Virus record (IMG/VR): IMGVR_UViG_3300017751_000001
Origin: a virus
Reading direction: 5' to 3' (one strand)
Length of the DNA: 55,913 nucleotides
The first letter of the stretch is position 1, and each line of letters begins with the position of its first letter. A program made the position numbers and the translations under genes. Shown here one piece after another: positions 44,936 to 55,310 of this stretch. The notes beneath the pieces were generated by a model. The model had not been told where the DNA came from and did no database searches. It worked only from the letters and a program-made list of their open reading frames with translations.

Positions 44936-46821
44936 GATCCTGATAACTGAGTGAGTAAGATTGATTGTGAAATTGAAATAATATCACCACCACCACCATT
45001 GATAATACCATTCCCGCCACCGTTGCCGTTAGACATGACATTAGGCATAGATTTATGTCTTTGTGGTAACTGATTGGCAGTGATAATAGTATTATTTACT
45101 TTATTTGGTCTATTATACGATGGGTATTGGTTTACTGGAGGTTGTTCACGTTTAGTTGTATCTATTGTTGATGGGGGAATTTGATTCTGATTGGGTTGAG
45201 AAGAATTTGCAGTGGAAGAAGGTGCTGGAACTACAGTTGTTTTTGGAGCTGCAGGTTCTGCAGTTGATTGTTCTTCTAGTTTTTTTGCATATGTTACTAA
45301 TTTACTTTCAAATTCATCTCTAGTAATTCGTTCTCCATTGGGATTGAAGTATTTGTCTTCTTGGGTTCCTAGAATATTTCTACCAAAAACATATGTACCA
45401 ACTTCAGGAATACGTACTTTTTCATCAACTTTAGAAATATCATGAGATGATTTTAGTTCTTCAATCTGTGTTGCTAACTCTCTTAGTTTCTTTTTAGATT
45501 CTACTGATTGTTCTTGGGTTTTACTATTTTGTGGTATTACCTGTGTTTTTGGAGTAACAGCAGATGGGGGTTCTGCTGAAGGAACTGTTGGGATAGTATT
45601 TGTAGGTTGGATAGATGTTGCACTATTTACTTCTGCAAATGGAACTTTATGTAAACCACCTAAGAATTTACTAGACTGAGCAGCATCGTATCGTTCATAA
45701 GTTCCTTGTTTATATAATTCCAGATGCAAGTGTGTATCTTTATATTGAGTTTCTTCTCCACCTAGAGGAACGAGAGTACCAATAATTTGACCTCTATCAA
45801 TTTTATCTCCAGGTTGCACACTTGGATTCATATGCAAGTATCTTGCATCAACATCAAGATCTGGATGATTAATCATTACACCAGCAAGATATGCATCCTT
45901 ACTAGGATTATATTTCTCATCAATAACTACACCATCCGACATTGCAATAATTGGAGTTCTAGGATTTTTCCTATATGGAGTAGTTTCTGCTATATCAGTT
46001 CCATCATGCATTTGACCATTTCGCATTCCAACAGGAGAAGAAACATAATTTCCACCTGGGAATGGGTGCAATCCACCAGATCCATAGTTAGCAGTATTGA
46101 CTTTACCTGATGTTGGGGTCGAAACTGAAGGTGGAGTTTGGGATGGTGTTGTTCGGCTTGCTAATACTGGAAGTCCTTGAGTAAAAACACCTGCACTAGC
46201 AAGAGATCCAAACAGTGTAATAGTCGAAGCAAATTTGGTTACATTTAATTTTTTATTTTCTGTCCATTTACCAGGACCAAAATCATCTGGAGTTCTTGGC
46301 GTAAGATTTTTTCCATATGATCTAGTTTGACCCGTCTCTAAAAAATAAATTTGTTCATCTACTTCTTGTGCAACTCCAGTGATCCAATCCCACCACCTTA
46401 AATTCTTTTTTTGTTCATACAGGAGTCTAAGTTTTTCTTCCCTAGTTCCAGGAGCCTTTGCTGTTTTCCTTTCATTGGTATTAATTAATTCAGGAACAAG
46501 AGCAGGTAACCATGCCCCTGCGGTGCCGAGAATAGTTACAATAGATGCACCTTGCAGCATACGACCAAGCAATGCATTAGTTGCCATACCAAATGGAGAC
46601 GGCAAACTTAACGCAAATCCGCCCTTACTATTCTTACCTATAACAGACAAATCAATTGTCTTAAGGTATTTCATTCTATTTTTGGAGGGAAACTTAAAGT
46701 TCCTCAGTTTAGTGTCGTTACGTCTAATAAACTTACTAAACCGTACAATTGCTTTTTCCGTATCCGCGACAGGACGCCTTACACCTTCCGCTACTGCTCT
46801 AATGTTAATTGGTTTAGCCAT
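44932..46821 (-). CDS. Virion protein with M23 peptidase domain
   Basis: HDGTD, YLHM, HLHLE zinc motifs. Confidence 0.8.
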   Translation of the reverse strand: MAKPINIRAVAEGVRRPVADTEKAIVRFSKFIRRNDTKLRNFKFPSKNRMKYLKTIDLSVIGKNSKGGFALSLPSPFGMATNALLGRMLQGASIVTILGTAGAWLPALVPELINTNERKTAKAPGTREEKLRLLYEQKKNLRWWDWITGVAQEVDEQIYFLETGQTRSYGKNLTPRTPDDFGPGKWTENKKLNVTKFASTITLFGSLASAGVFTQGLPVLASRTTPSQTPPSVSTPTSGKVNTANYGSGGLHPFPGGNYVSSPVGMRNGQMHDGTDIAETTPYRKNPRTPIIAMSDGVVIDEKYNPSKDAYLAGVMINHPDLDVDARYLHMNPSVQPGDKIDRGQIIGTLVPLGGEETQYKDTHLHLELYKQGTYERYDAAQSSKFLGGLHKVPFAEVNSATSIQPTNTIPTVPSAEPPSAVTPKTQVIPQNSKTQEQSVESKKKLRELATQIEELKSSHDISKVDEKVRIPEVGTYVFGRNILGTQEDKYFNPNGERITRDEFESKLVTYAKKLEEQSTAEPAAPKTTVVPAPSSTANSSQPNQNQIPPSTIDTTKREQPPVNQYPSYNRPNKVNNTIITANQLPQRHKSMPNVMSNGNGGGNGIINGGGGDIISISQSILLTQLSGS

Positions 46822-48491
46822 TATCCGTCAACGATGTTATATACGATTCTTGAATACATGGTGTGGATGTTTCCAACATCAAATGGAACCAGGAAAGGAA
46901 CTTTGGCTCCTTCAAGATCGGGTTTAATATCATGATCTTGTTGCTGGCTCTGTTGGGTATTGCCCGTATTTAGTGGAATAATATTAGTTTGAACATCATC
47001 TTCAGTGATAATTTGTTCTGGAGACTGAGCAATAGTTTTAGAAGCTTCCGATCTTAATTCCGACCCATCAAGAGATGGATTCAATCCAGTTGCACTCGCA
47101 TAGTTACTATATGATGCGTTATACGTAGCCATGAAATTGGCAGTATTTACGTTTGGTTGACTTCCTCCAGGTAAGGAAGGCCATCCCATATCTACAGAGA
47201 GTTTTGGAACAACATCTGACATTAGGTTACCATCCCTAATAGACTGAATCATTCCTTGTTCACCACCTTTTCCACCTTGAATACCATACACTTTGGTCAT
47301 GTATGATCTCATCATTCTGTCTTGATTTGACTTGGTAAATTTATCCTTATTCAGATCAAGTCCAGCGTCTATTGCAGTTTGTCTATGGAAATCTGGGTGG
47401 AATTGATATGCACCAATTGCACCCGTCGTGGTATTACCCTGTCCTTGCATACTCTCACCAGCTTGGAAAGCTTGTTCAATAGTTAGTCCTTCAAGATTGA
47501 CACCATGATCAATCTGACCTTGAATCGCATTTGCATCACCTTCTCCAGCAGAAACTGCATCCATTAAAGCAAGCATTTCTGGCGCAGCATTTGGAAGAGA
47601 AATACCACTACCAGAAGCAGTTCCCATAGGTGTGCTCGTAGGTTGAGCACTGGATTCTGGTTTTAAATTGGTTCCTCCAGAACCTTTAGAGTTGTTGGGA
47701 TCTGGTATAGTGTTCCCACCTCTAATTCCCTCTAGAATAGAAGAAAATTCCTCAACAGTGGAGTTGAATAACGCAACATCCATATTAGACATTCCAGTCA
47801 ATGACTGTTGTTGTTCAACTGCTCCTCCAGCACCAGGAGGAGCTCCACTAATTTGTCCACCTTGTGGAGGCGGACCTTCTTTTTCTGCTTTTTGCATCTG
47901 ATCATATGTGATCTTTGCAGCAAAAGCAGCAGTAACTGCAAGAGCAAGAGTTTTTAATCCACCCAATCCCATCCCAGGAGATTTTGCGGAACCCAAATTC
48001 TTAGCAGCACCAGCTAGTTGAGTAATTAACTTTAATATAATATCTCTGGATTGGAATATAAAGTCGAATGTCCTCTGTAGAGGTTGCATTAAACTCATCA
48101 AATTCTGTTGGAATCTTTGGAGTTCGTCTAGTCCACCCCTAAAGATTCGGGCCAACAGTTCGTTTGGATCAAACGAATTTACCTGTCTTTCTACTCTTTC
48201 CGAGATTGTGGGAACAAGTCTGTTAACTTTATTCTCTACAATCTGATTAATTCTGGTTACATTGATTCCATCAGACTCTTCCTGTGGTTGCAGAGACTGT
48301 GAAATATTCTCTACTGCGCCTACAAGTGGAGATCTAGCAGGTTGTACTCTCGAAGATCCCGCAACTCCTGATTTTTGCCTACCTAGGAAATTCCCAGCAA
48401 CACTAGAATTTTGCCTACCACGACGAAAAAATGCCCCAGGGTTAACCCCAGACATTCTCGGCATTATTCGTGGTGTAATAGGACTACGCAT
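46821..48491 (-). CDS. Virion protein with lysozyme-like domain
   Basis: AVSAGEG, GAIGAYQF, FTKSNQD, WPSLPGG. Confidence 0.7.
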   Translation of the reverse strand: MRSPITPRIMPRMSGVNPGAFFRRGRQNSSVAGNFLGRQKSGVAGSSRVQPARSPLVGAVENISQSLQPQEESDGINVTRINQIVENKVNRLVPTISERVERQVNSFDPNELLARIFRGGLDELQRFQQNLMSLMQPLQRTFDFIFQSRDIILKLITQLAGAAKNLGSAKSPGMGLGGLKTLALAVTAAFAAKITYDQMQKAEKEGPPPQGGQISGAPPGAGGAVEQQQSLTGMSNMDVALFNSTVEEFSSILEGIRGGNTIPDPNNSKGSGGTNLKPESSAQPTSTPMGTASGSGISLPNAAPEMLALMDAVSAGEGDANAIQGQIDHGVNLEGLTIEQAFQAGESMQGQGNTTTGAIGAYQFHPDFHRQTAIDAGLDLNKDKFTKSNQDRMMRSYMTKVYGIQGGKGGEQGMIQSIRDGNLMSDVVPKLSVDMGWPSLPGGSQPNVNTANFMATYNASYSNYASATGLNPSLDGSELRSEASKTIAQSPEQIITEDDVQTNIIPLNTGNTQQSQQQDHDIKPDLEGAKVPFLVPFDVGNIHTMYSRIVYNIVDG

Positions 48492-48675
48492 TACGTTTCG
48501 ATGATTCTATTTGCTTACGTTTCAAATTCTCTTCTTCAATATGCGCTCTTAAGAGACCAACATAAATATCTCTCTCCCAGGAAACCATGTTTTCAATTTC
48601 GGTCAAAGAATATTTATGGAACTGCATCAAAGCGAAGTTGATTCTGTAATATGCCTCAAGATCAATATGAGACAT
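48484..48675 (-). CDS. gp51: Baseplate hub assembly protein gp51-like
   Basis: YYRINFALMQFHKYSLTEIENM..WERDIY; follows gp26. Confidence 0.75.
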   Translation of the reverse strand: MSHIDLEAYYRINFALMQFHKYSLTEIENMVSWERDIYVGLLRAHIEEENLKRKQIESSKRNA

Positions 48676-48677
48676 TA

Positions 48678-49400
48678 TTAGGCGAAAAAACTCGATAAAC
48701 CCTCCAAAACGACTGTATTCTCTTTTTTAGTATTGGGATTCATGACTTTGATTTCATGACGAAGTTTAGGCATAGTTTCAAAGAACTTTTCAATTTTTTT
48801 GAATTGTTCGGAAGTCAAACTTTCTACCCAATCCCTAAGTTCTTTTTTGGAACATTCGGAAGCAGTCCACATATCCTCTTCAGTATAAACTTGTTCAATA
48901 CAAGAACAGATAATATCAAAAGATCTTTCCACTTCACTATCATCTCCAGACCTAACACTAAAGTTAGTATCAATGAATTGACCCATAGTTGGATACTTCA
49001 TTCTAAGAACATACCCCTGACCAAGTTCTAGATCTCGGTTATGATCTGGATGCTTTTCAACTTCAACTTTATCGATTGGGATCGATACATTAATTTTAGT
49101 TTCTCCGTCATCACCACAAGTAACGACAATATCTATAGACTCACCTACCGACTTACCACGAATATTCAAGAACAAATATTCAATATCAAAACTAGGTAGA
49201 TCTTCAATCTTAACTCTGCCGATAACGCATTCTTTTAGAACTTGTTTAACCGCTGTACTAATTTGATTGGTATCCTCACTTTCAAGTGCTAAGATAAGAA
49301 TCTTTTCTTCTCTTACCAAAAATGGTCTATATTTAATTTTTTTGCCACTTGAGGGCAATACCAATTCGTATTGGGATGTCGTAATCTTTGGTAAAGGCAT
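48678..49400 (-). CDS. gp26: Baseplate hub subunit gp26
   Basis: MPLPK..YELVLPS..YRPFLVREEKIL..DIEYLFLNIRGKSVGE. Confidence 0.92.
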   Translation of the reverse strand: MPLPKITTSQYELVLPSSGKKIKYRPFLVREEKILILALESEDTNQISTAVKQVLKECVIGRVKIEDLPSFDIEYLFLNIRGKSVGESIDIVVTCGDDGETKINVSIPIDKVEVEKHPDHNRDLELGQGYVLRMKYPTMGQFIDTNFSVRSGDDSEVERSFDIICSCIEQVYTEEDMWTASECSKKELRDWVESLTSEQFKKIEKFFETMPKLRHEIKVMNPNTKKENTVVLEGLSSFFA

Positions 49401-49424
49401 GACTATTATTTCAGTTCATAAAGG

Positions 49425-49432
49425 TATTTATT
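49425..49432 (-). promoter_or_regulatory. T4-type late promoter
   Basis: AATAAATA upstream of gp26. Confidence 0.55.
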
Positions 49433-49446
49433 AGGTTATTGGAAAC

Positions 49447-50262
49447 CTATGGTTGTATTGTTGATGTTGTAGTTTCGATTTGCCCGTTTCTTAACCATTG
49501 TTGAGTTAAGGTATTTGGACCACTCTGAAACTCTCCAACTAACATTGAATTTTCTTGGTTATTAATAGTTCGTCGTCCTGATTGAATAATTACCTTTCTA
49601 TCGTATCTCATAGTAATTGATACTTTAAGTAATTGTGCAGCATCATACGAAAGTGGAATACTTTCAATATTTGTTGGGAAAGCATTCACAAAAGCATAGA
49701 TGATATTATCACGATAATCTCTCTCAAATTTTGTGAGAGAAATCATTCGTTTATATTGTTGTGGATATCTAAATCTATACACTGGTATTTGATCTATTAG
49801 TCCTTCATATCCACCAGGACTCCCAGACGTAAGTTTATCAGGAGCATAGATTGGATTCATAAAATTAATCCACTCTTCAAATAATCGAAGCGTCTGATAC
49901 TCAGAAGAAACATAAAACGTAAATGCAACTTCCATATCTCTTCTAGGACCAGAAAAAGACTCATACATTCCCTGACGATCCCCAAAAACTTCAAAGGGAG
50001 CTACATTTGTTCCAGGAATAAATGTTTCCGAACATAAAAAATCAAATCTTTCTGGATTATCTTTTCCAAATACACCTGCGCTGGACAGCCAACCACTTAG
50101 ATCGGTATCAGCATCTGCTCCACCAGTTTCTGCTAAGTGAAGTGATACTTTATAGTTATTAGTAGTTGCGGGAGATTGTAGTTGTGCAGCAAACGTCCCA
50201 TCATTTGTTCTTGATTTTCCTGCTTCACCAAGAATACCTTGGAGTTGCTGTATAATTCCCAT
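49447..50262 (-). CDS. Tail tube-like protein (gp19/gp54 family)
   Basis: LCSETFIPG, FEEWINF, NAFPTNIESIPLSY. Confidence 0.7.
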   Translation of the reverse strand: MGIIQQLQGILGEAGKSRTNDGTFAAQLQSPATTNNYKVSLHLAETGGADADTDLSGWLSSAGVFGKDNPERFDFLCSETFIPGTNVAPFEVFGDRQGMYESFSGPRRDMEVAFTFYVSSEYQTLRLFEEWINFMNPIYAPDKLTSGSPGGYEGLIDQIPVYRFRYPQQYKRMISLTKFERDYRDNIIYAFVNAFPTNIESIPLSYDAAQLLKVSITMRYDRKVIIQSGRRTINNQENSMLVGEFQSGPNTLTQQWLRNGQIETTTSTIQP

Positions 50263-50295
50263 CTAAATAAATTTATGGTTTTATATACTATGTAT

Positions 50296-50733
50296 ATGTC
50301 TTATAAGGGAAAATATAAACCAGAACATCCCAAAAAATACAAAGGAGACCCAACTAACATCATTTACAGGTCTCTTTGGGAACGAAAGTTTATGAGATAT
50401 TGTGATTTAAATGAAAGTGTTTATCAATGGCAATCTGAAGAAATTATTATCCCATACAAGTCCCCTATGGATAATCGTATCCATAGGTATTTTCCAGACT
50501 TCTTCATAAAATATACTGATAGGAATGGAAAGAGAAGATCTGTTGTGATTGAGGTTAAACCAAAAAGACAACTAAAGATGCCTGAAAAAAATCCAAAAAG
50601 AAGAACAAAATCCTGGGCACATGATGTTCATAATTGGATAATTAATCAAGCAAAGTGGAAAGCTGCAGAAGAATATTGTGCAGATCGTCAGTATGAATTT
50701 AGAATCATGACTGAAGATGATTTAGGGGTATGA
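50296..50733 (+). CDS. gp4: Head completion nuclease gp4
   Basis: YKGKYKPEHPKKYKGDPTNIIYRSLWERKFM, HRYFPDF, IEVKP, NQAKWKAA. Confidence 0.93.
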   Translation: MSYKGKYKPEHPKKYKGDPTNIIYRSLWERKFMRYCDLNESVYQWQSEEIIIPYKSPMDNRIHRYFPDFFIKYTDRNGKRRSVVIEVKPKRQLKMPEKNPKRRTKSWAHDVHNWIINQAKWKAAEEYCADRQYEFRIMTEDDLGV

Positions 50734-51224
50734 TTGCACAAAGTATCACAGAACAAGCAGGAAAGAAAAGACGCAGTGGAGACTGGTACGTTAATGCATT
50801 AGAGCAGGCGTTATCATCAATACAAGATCCCGATATCAGTGAAAGTGATACTGGTGGAGTTGCTGTTGGAGATCTTATATTTTTTCAATATGGTGCAAAA
50901 TATCCAGAAAAATATGAGTTTTGGGATTTGCAACCACTCTCATATGTTATCGAATTCTATCCCGATGGATTTTTGGGAGCAAATCTACACTACATAAATC
51001 CAGATTATAGAGACGCAGTTGCAAGAAGCTTGATAAATAGTAAAGGCGGTGTAACTGTACCCAAAAACTCCATACATAGATATTTGTTTTCTGGTATAGG
51101 CAGTTTATACAAAATTCCAAAGAGTGAAGATTGGGGTGATATAGCGCTTCTACCAACAGAAAAGTTTATTGACAATCGTGGTATGAAGTATCCCAAGCAT
51201 AGAGCATACTCTTGGAGTAAGTAA
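50730..51224 (+). CDS. gp2: DNA end protector gp2-like
   Basis: FQYGAK, WDLQPL, GFLGANLHY, IHRYL, LLPTEKF. Confidence 0.8.
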   Translation: MIAQSITEQAGKKRRSGDWYVNALEQALSSIQDPDISESDTGGVAVGDLIFFQYGAKYPEKYEFWDLQPLSYVIEFYPDGFLGANLHYINPDYRDAVARSLINSKGGVTVPKNSIHRYLFSGIGSLYKIPKSEDWGDIALLPTEKFIDNRGMKYPKHRAYSWSK

Positions 51225-52798
51225 TGGCAGAACAGAAACTAAAAGTAGATCCCCCAATTACCCAAGTTGTAGATGGAGTAACAGTAGGATACGAAGTTGT
51301 TGTAACAACAAGTTCTAGTGGTGCTTTCGGGAATAAAAAAGTAATTTCTGATGTAAGGGCATATCCAGTTGATGACAATAATCAAAGATTAAAAGGCGCT
51401 AAACAATTATATAGAAATGGTATTTGGTCAAAAAATCAAATTACTACACTTTCGACAGAACAACAATCCGATTTCCATAAACGTATACAAAGACAAACCC
51501 TAAAGTTTGCAAGTAATACGAACACTACTAGTCCCCAGTGGGCTAGAATTGAGGGGTCAAATACAAATACTCCGCCTACAGCAACTGCAACAGAAACAGG
51601 TAAAGCTTCTGGACAAAATACAACTGTGAATGGCGCAAAGAATATCGTAAGCAATGTGATTGGAGGCATTGAGGGTATTAGCCAGCTCGCTAGCGAGATT
51701 CAAAAGGGCGGACTGTATTCTCAAATAGATAAATTTAGTATGAGTAGTGGATCATTTGACACTAACTCTGATACGCTTATATTGAAGGATTATTCTGGAT
51801 ATTTGAGATATCCACTGGGTGCAAATAGGAATCAAGATACATTAAAAATGACTTGTTTTCGATATAGATCTCCGTATCGTGATGCTATTGAAAGTGGTAG
51901 TATCGGAAATATCAAGAGGAACAGTCCATTCAGAGAAAGATTGGGAACTATTGAATTACCTATGCCAAATTCTATAGTGGATACTACTTCTGCTGGATGG
52001 GAAGTTGATTATATGAATGATATAACAATGTCGGCTGCTAACAAGATTCAAGAAAGCGCCATTCAGTATGGTGCTGCAGCAGGGCTTCAGGGACTTGGTG
52101 TACCTGGCGCTGGTACAATATCTAAACTTGCACTCATCGGAAGCATGTATTCGGGAGCAGCGAAGGATTCTGGATTAGGAGGATTATTGGGAGCAAATGT
52201 TGTTAGTATGTTAGGGTCAAATTTGGGATTTGATATTCCTGCAGACCAAATCCTCTCTAGGGGTGGTGGAATTGTAAGTAATAGTAATGCAGAATTATTG
52301 TTTAGGGGAGTAAGACTAAGGAGATTTTCATTTAATTATAGTTTAGTTGCTCGAAGTGACCAAGAAACTAGAAGTATTACACATTTAATTCGAGCATTCA
52401 AACAATGGAGTGCTCCAAGAAAGTTAACTGGGGATGTTGCAGAAGGTTCACAGGTGCAAGCTGGTGGATCCTCACTATTCTTGGGTACTCCAAATATATT
52501 TCAATTGTCATATATGACAACGGAAAATGGACAACGTTTAGTAAACAAACACGTACATAAGTTTAAAGCTTGTGCATTAACGAAGTTCTCCGTTAACTAT
52601 TCGCCAAATCAGCAATGGTTATCTTATGAAGGCGGTGCTCCTGTAATTTTTAATTTACTCTTTGAATTTGCAGAACTTGAACCTATATACAATACAGACT
52701 ATACAAATAATATTCCAGGAGGCCGTCAAGCGGATCCGTTAGGTGGCACTGGTTCTGGAGATTTGATGCCCATCCAAATTTACGACGTAGGTTACTAA
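51224..52798 (+). CDS. gp48: Baseplate tail tube cap gp48
   Basis: LRYP, IELPMPN, NAELLFRGVRLRRFSF, FKACAL, FAELEPIY. Confidence 0.88.
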   Translation: MAEQKLKVDPPITQVVDGVTVGYEVVVTTSSSGAFGNKKVISDVRAYPVDDNNQRLKGAKQLYRNGIWSKNQITTLSTEQQSDFHKRIQRQTLKFASNTNTTSPQWARIEGSNTNTPPTATATETGKASGQNTTVNGAKNIVSNVIGGIEGISQLASEIQKGGLYSQIDKFSMSSGSFDTNSDTLILKDYSGYLRYPLGANRNQDTLKMTCFRYRSPYRDAIESGSIGNIKRNSPFRERLGTIELPMPNSIVDTTSAGWEVDYMNDITMSAANKIQESAIQYGAAAGLQGLGVPGAGTISKLALIGSMYSGAAKDSGLGGLLGANVVSMLGSNLGFDIPADQILSRGGGIVSNSNAELLFRGVRLRRFSFNYSLVARSDQETRSITHLIRAFKQWSAPRKLTGDVAEGSQVQAGGSSLFLGTPNIFQLSYMTTENGQRLVNKHVHKFKACALTKFSVNYSPNQQWLSYEGGAPVIFNLLFEFAELEPIYNTDYTNNIPGGRQADPLGGTGSGDLMPIQIYDVGY

Positions 52799-53556
52799 TG
52801 GCAGGTTATTTTTCATATCTACCAAATATTAGATACTTATCAAGATCTTTAGATAGAAATTCTATAGATGAAACTAGTGATGTAAAAAATCTTTTCAGAA
52901 GAGCTCGTATACGAGAAGACCAATCAAATGTAGTATATGCATTTAATGAATACTATATTCCTGGAAATATACGACCAGATCAACTGGCCGAACAGGTTTA
53001 TAACAATTCCAATTACGATTGGATTATCTTAATGGCAAATAATATTATCGATATTCGTAATGAATGGCCTATGGATGATGTGACTTTCCAAAAATATTTA
53101 CTTGCAAAGTATAAAAAACAATCGGAAATTGCATCTGTTCATCATTATGAAACTACTGAGCAATTAGATGACTTCTCAAGAGTTGTTGTTCCTGCTGGAT
53201 TAATAGTAGATTCTAATTTTGATATGTCATATTTGGAAAGAAACTTAGATAGACAAATAGAAATTAGTTATAGTAATATAAATTCGGGAGTTCCTGAAGC
53301 AACTACAGTAGATGATAATGGATCTGCGAGAGATAGTAACGGAAACATCATTGAAAATTTGAGAGTAAAAGCCATTACCAATTATGAGTATGAGACTAAT
53401 GTCAATGATCTTAAAAGAAATATTATACTTCCCAAGAAAGAATACATAGCAACTTTCATCTCAGACCTTGATAAGATAATGACTTACGATACAAGATCTT
53501 CAGAAACTATTGATTCTAGAACAAAATCCGTATCTAATTCTAGACTTACTGGATAA
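52798..53556 (+). CDS. gp53: Baseplate wedge gp53
   Basis: YFSYLPN, KNLFRR, RPDQLA, DWIIL..NNI..EWP, HHYET, NYEYE. Confidence 0.9.
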   Translation: MAGYFSYLPNIRYLSRSLDRNSIDETSDVKNLFRRARIREDQSNVVYAFNEYYIPGNIRPDQLAEQVYNNSNYDWIILMANNIIDIRNEWPMDDVTFQKYLLAKYKKQSEIASVHHYETTEQLDDFSRVVVPAGLIVDSNFDMSYLERNLDRQIEISYSNINSGVPEATTVDDNGSARDSNGNIIENLRVKAITNYEYETNVNDLKRNIILPKKEYIATFISDLDKIMTYDTRSSETIDSRTKSVSNSRLTG

Positions 53557-54229
53557 AATTATTTTCCTCTAACCATTGAAGAGTCATTGGAGTGGGGTCA
53601 TAGTCGGACCACATAGTACCTGCAGCACAAGATTGAAGTGCTTTAAGAGTCATGCCTTCAGTTTTACCTGCCCAGGTTGCTTCCTTCTCCCAAGGAATAG
53701 CAGCGGGTTGTAATACATATGCTCTACGTGCCATCTCTTGCCACATCTCAGGAACAGAATCCTCAGGCATAATGATTGCAATCATACTGTTATCAATGGT
53801 GCCGGCCATGCAGTCTTGTGCAGCGTGCCATCCTTCATGACGCATTACACTCATCAATACATGAGGACGATGCATAAATGTTTTATTCAGAAAGAAATTA
53901 TTACTGACAGTATGATAGACACCACGATGTCCTACTGGAAAATACTTCTCATCCGCTAGAAACACATTGACTCCGACCTGATTGAGAGAAACGAGCATGT
54001 TGTTGAACTCGTTTGCAACAGGATAAAAATCGTCAGTATTAGGATACTCACTAGAAACATCCAAAAGACTGAAGACCTCTTTAACTTCATCCTTACACTC
54101 TCTGAGTAACATACATCCCATCGAATGATTGGTATAGTAATCATTCTCGGTAATAGGATCGGCCTTGGTGGGAAGTGTTGTTACTTGTGCAGCTCCAAGT
54201 AGAATCCCTGCAATAATATAATTCCACAT
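53546..54229 (-). CDS. Exported zincin-like (HExxH) protein
   Basis: N-terminal signal-like stretch from MWNYIIAG; RHEGWHAAQDC...E. Confidence 0.7.
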   Translation of the reverse strand: MWNYIIAGILLGAAQVTTLPTKADPITENDYYTNHSMGCMLLRECKDEVKEVFSLLDVSSEYPNTDDFYPVANEFNNMLVSLNQVGVNVFLADEKYFPVGHRGVYHTVSNNFFLNKTFMHRPHVLMSVMRHEGWHAAQDCMAGTIDNSMIAIIMPEDSVPEMWQEMARRAYVLQPAAIPWEKEATWAGKTEGMTLKALQSCAAGTMWSDYDPTPMTLQWLEENNFIQ

Positions 54230-54254
54230 AAAAAAGGGATCATAAGACCCCCTC

Positions 54255-54283
54255 AGTATATCACTTTTAAATTTTACTGTCAA
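54255..54283 (-). promoter_or_regulatory. sigma70-type promoter
   Basis: TTGACA-N17-TATACT. Confidence 0.7.
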
Positions 54284-54306
54284 TAAGGTTTACGATACCG
54301 TAATAG

Positions 54307-54314
54307 TATAAATA
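54307..54314 (+). promoter_or_regulatory. T4-type late promoter
   Basis: TATAAATA. Confidence 0.75.
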
Positions 54315-54335
54315 ATTGAAAATTGTCTTTGAACT

Positions 54336-54908
54336 ATGGACACTAAGGAATATATTCTCTTTTCAGAGGCATATGCTGGCATATACACTGAAAATCAAAT
54401 TGAACCTGAAGGTGAGGTAATTTCTGAAATGCCAGAAATGAAGCATGTCAGAACTGCATCTGATGGACAAAAGAGATACTCAACAAAAGATGATGGTCGT
54501 CATCAACGTGGTGTAAGTCCAGATGGAAAACCTGGTGGTGTTAACGTTGCAAAAACAACTGGACCTGCTGGTGCAGCAATTTATAATACTGTTAGAAAAG
54601 TAAAAAATAAAATCTTCGGTGAGGATGTTGATCTATTTGAACTTATCAAGGATTTCCTGACGAGTGAAGGGTATGCTAACGATGAGAAATCAGCACTCGC
54701 TATCATGTCTAACATGAGTGAAGAGTGGAGAAACGATATCATCGAAAGCATTGAGAATGATCTATCCGTCGTAGAACAAAAAGCAACTGCTACTGATGGT
54801 CACGGTAATACATACCGCGATTACAACAATGATGGACTGTCTGACAGACAAAAAAGAATGAAAGAATTTGGTGCCAAGCGTGCTGCTATGTTAGTTAAAG
54901 GAGTCTAA
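54336..54908 (+). CDS. Late hypothetical protein (possible internal head protein)
   Basis: EAYAGIY N-terminus; DLFELIKDFLTSEGYA..ALAIMSNMSEEWR module. Confidence 0.7.
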   Translation: MDTKEYILFSEAYAGIYTENQIEPEGEVISEMPEMKHVRTASDGQKRYSTKDDGRHQRGVSPDGKPGGVNVAKTTGPAGAAIYNTVRKVKNKIFGEDVDLFELIKDFLTSEGYANDEKSALAIMSNMSEEWRNDIIESIENDLSVVEQKATATDGHGNTYRDYNNDGLSDRQKRMKEFGAKRAAMLVKGV

Positions 54909-55093
54909 GAAGACTTATTCTTCCATTCACGCATTCCTTTGACCTCTACTCCACGATTGATCATTGACATCATGGATTCTTGTGCGGAAATCATATCGAA
55001 GTAAGTAGCAACTCTGTTGTTACCCCATAGAACATAATCAACGCACCAAAATCCATGAATCAATGGATCAAGTACCCTAAGGGTGCGGTTCAT
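54905..55093 (-). CDS. Hypothetical protein
   Basis: ORF track; start uncertain. Confidence 0.5.
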   Translation of the reverse strand: MNRTLRVLDPLIHGFWCVDYVLWGNNRVATYFDMISAQESMMSMINRGVEVKGMREWKNKSS

Positions 55094-55307
55094 GAGTCCT
55101 GAAATAGTTCTCAATTGCTTCAATGCGTTCTTCATTGTGTGCAATGATATCAAGTTGCTCTTGAATTGCAGCAAGTACATCAGGATGTTCACCGATACCC
55201 ACAGGATTGTGGAGGTAAACTTCTACGTTTGCTTTTGCCTTTTTGATACTACCCTCAGCGTCGGCGCGAAGGGCATCAAGAATATTGTTTCTAAGATCGC
55301 AAGACAT
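55077..55307 (-). CDS. Conserved hypothetical protein
   Basis: KAKANVEVYLHNPVGIGEHPD. Confidence 0.8.
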   Translation of the reverse strand: MSCDLRNNILDALRADAEGSIKKAKANVEVYLHNPVGIGEHPDVLAAIQEQLDIIAHNEERIEAIENYFRTHEPHP

Positions 55308-55310
55308 TTA

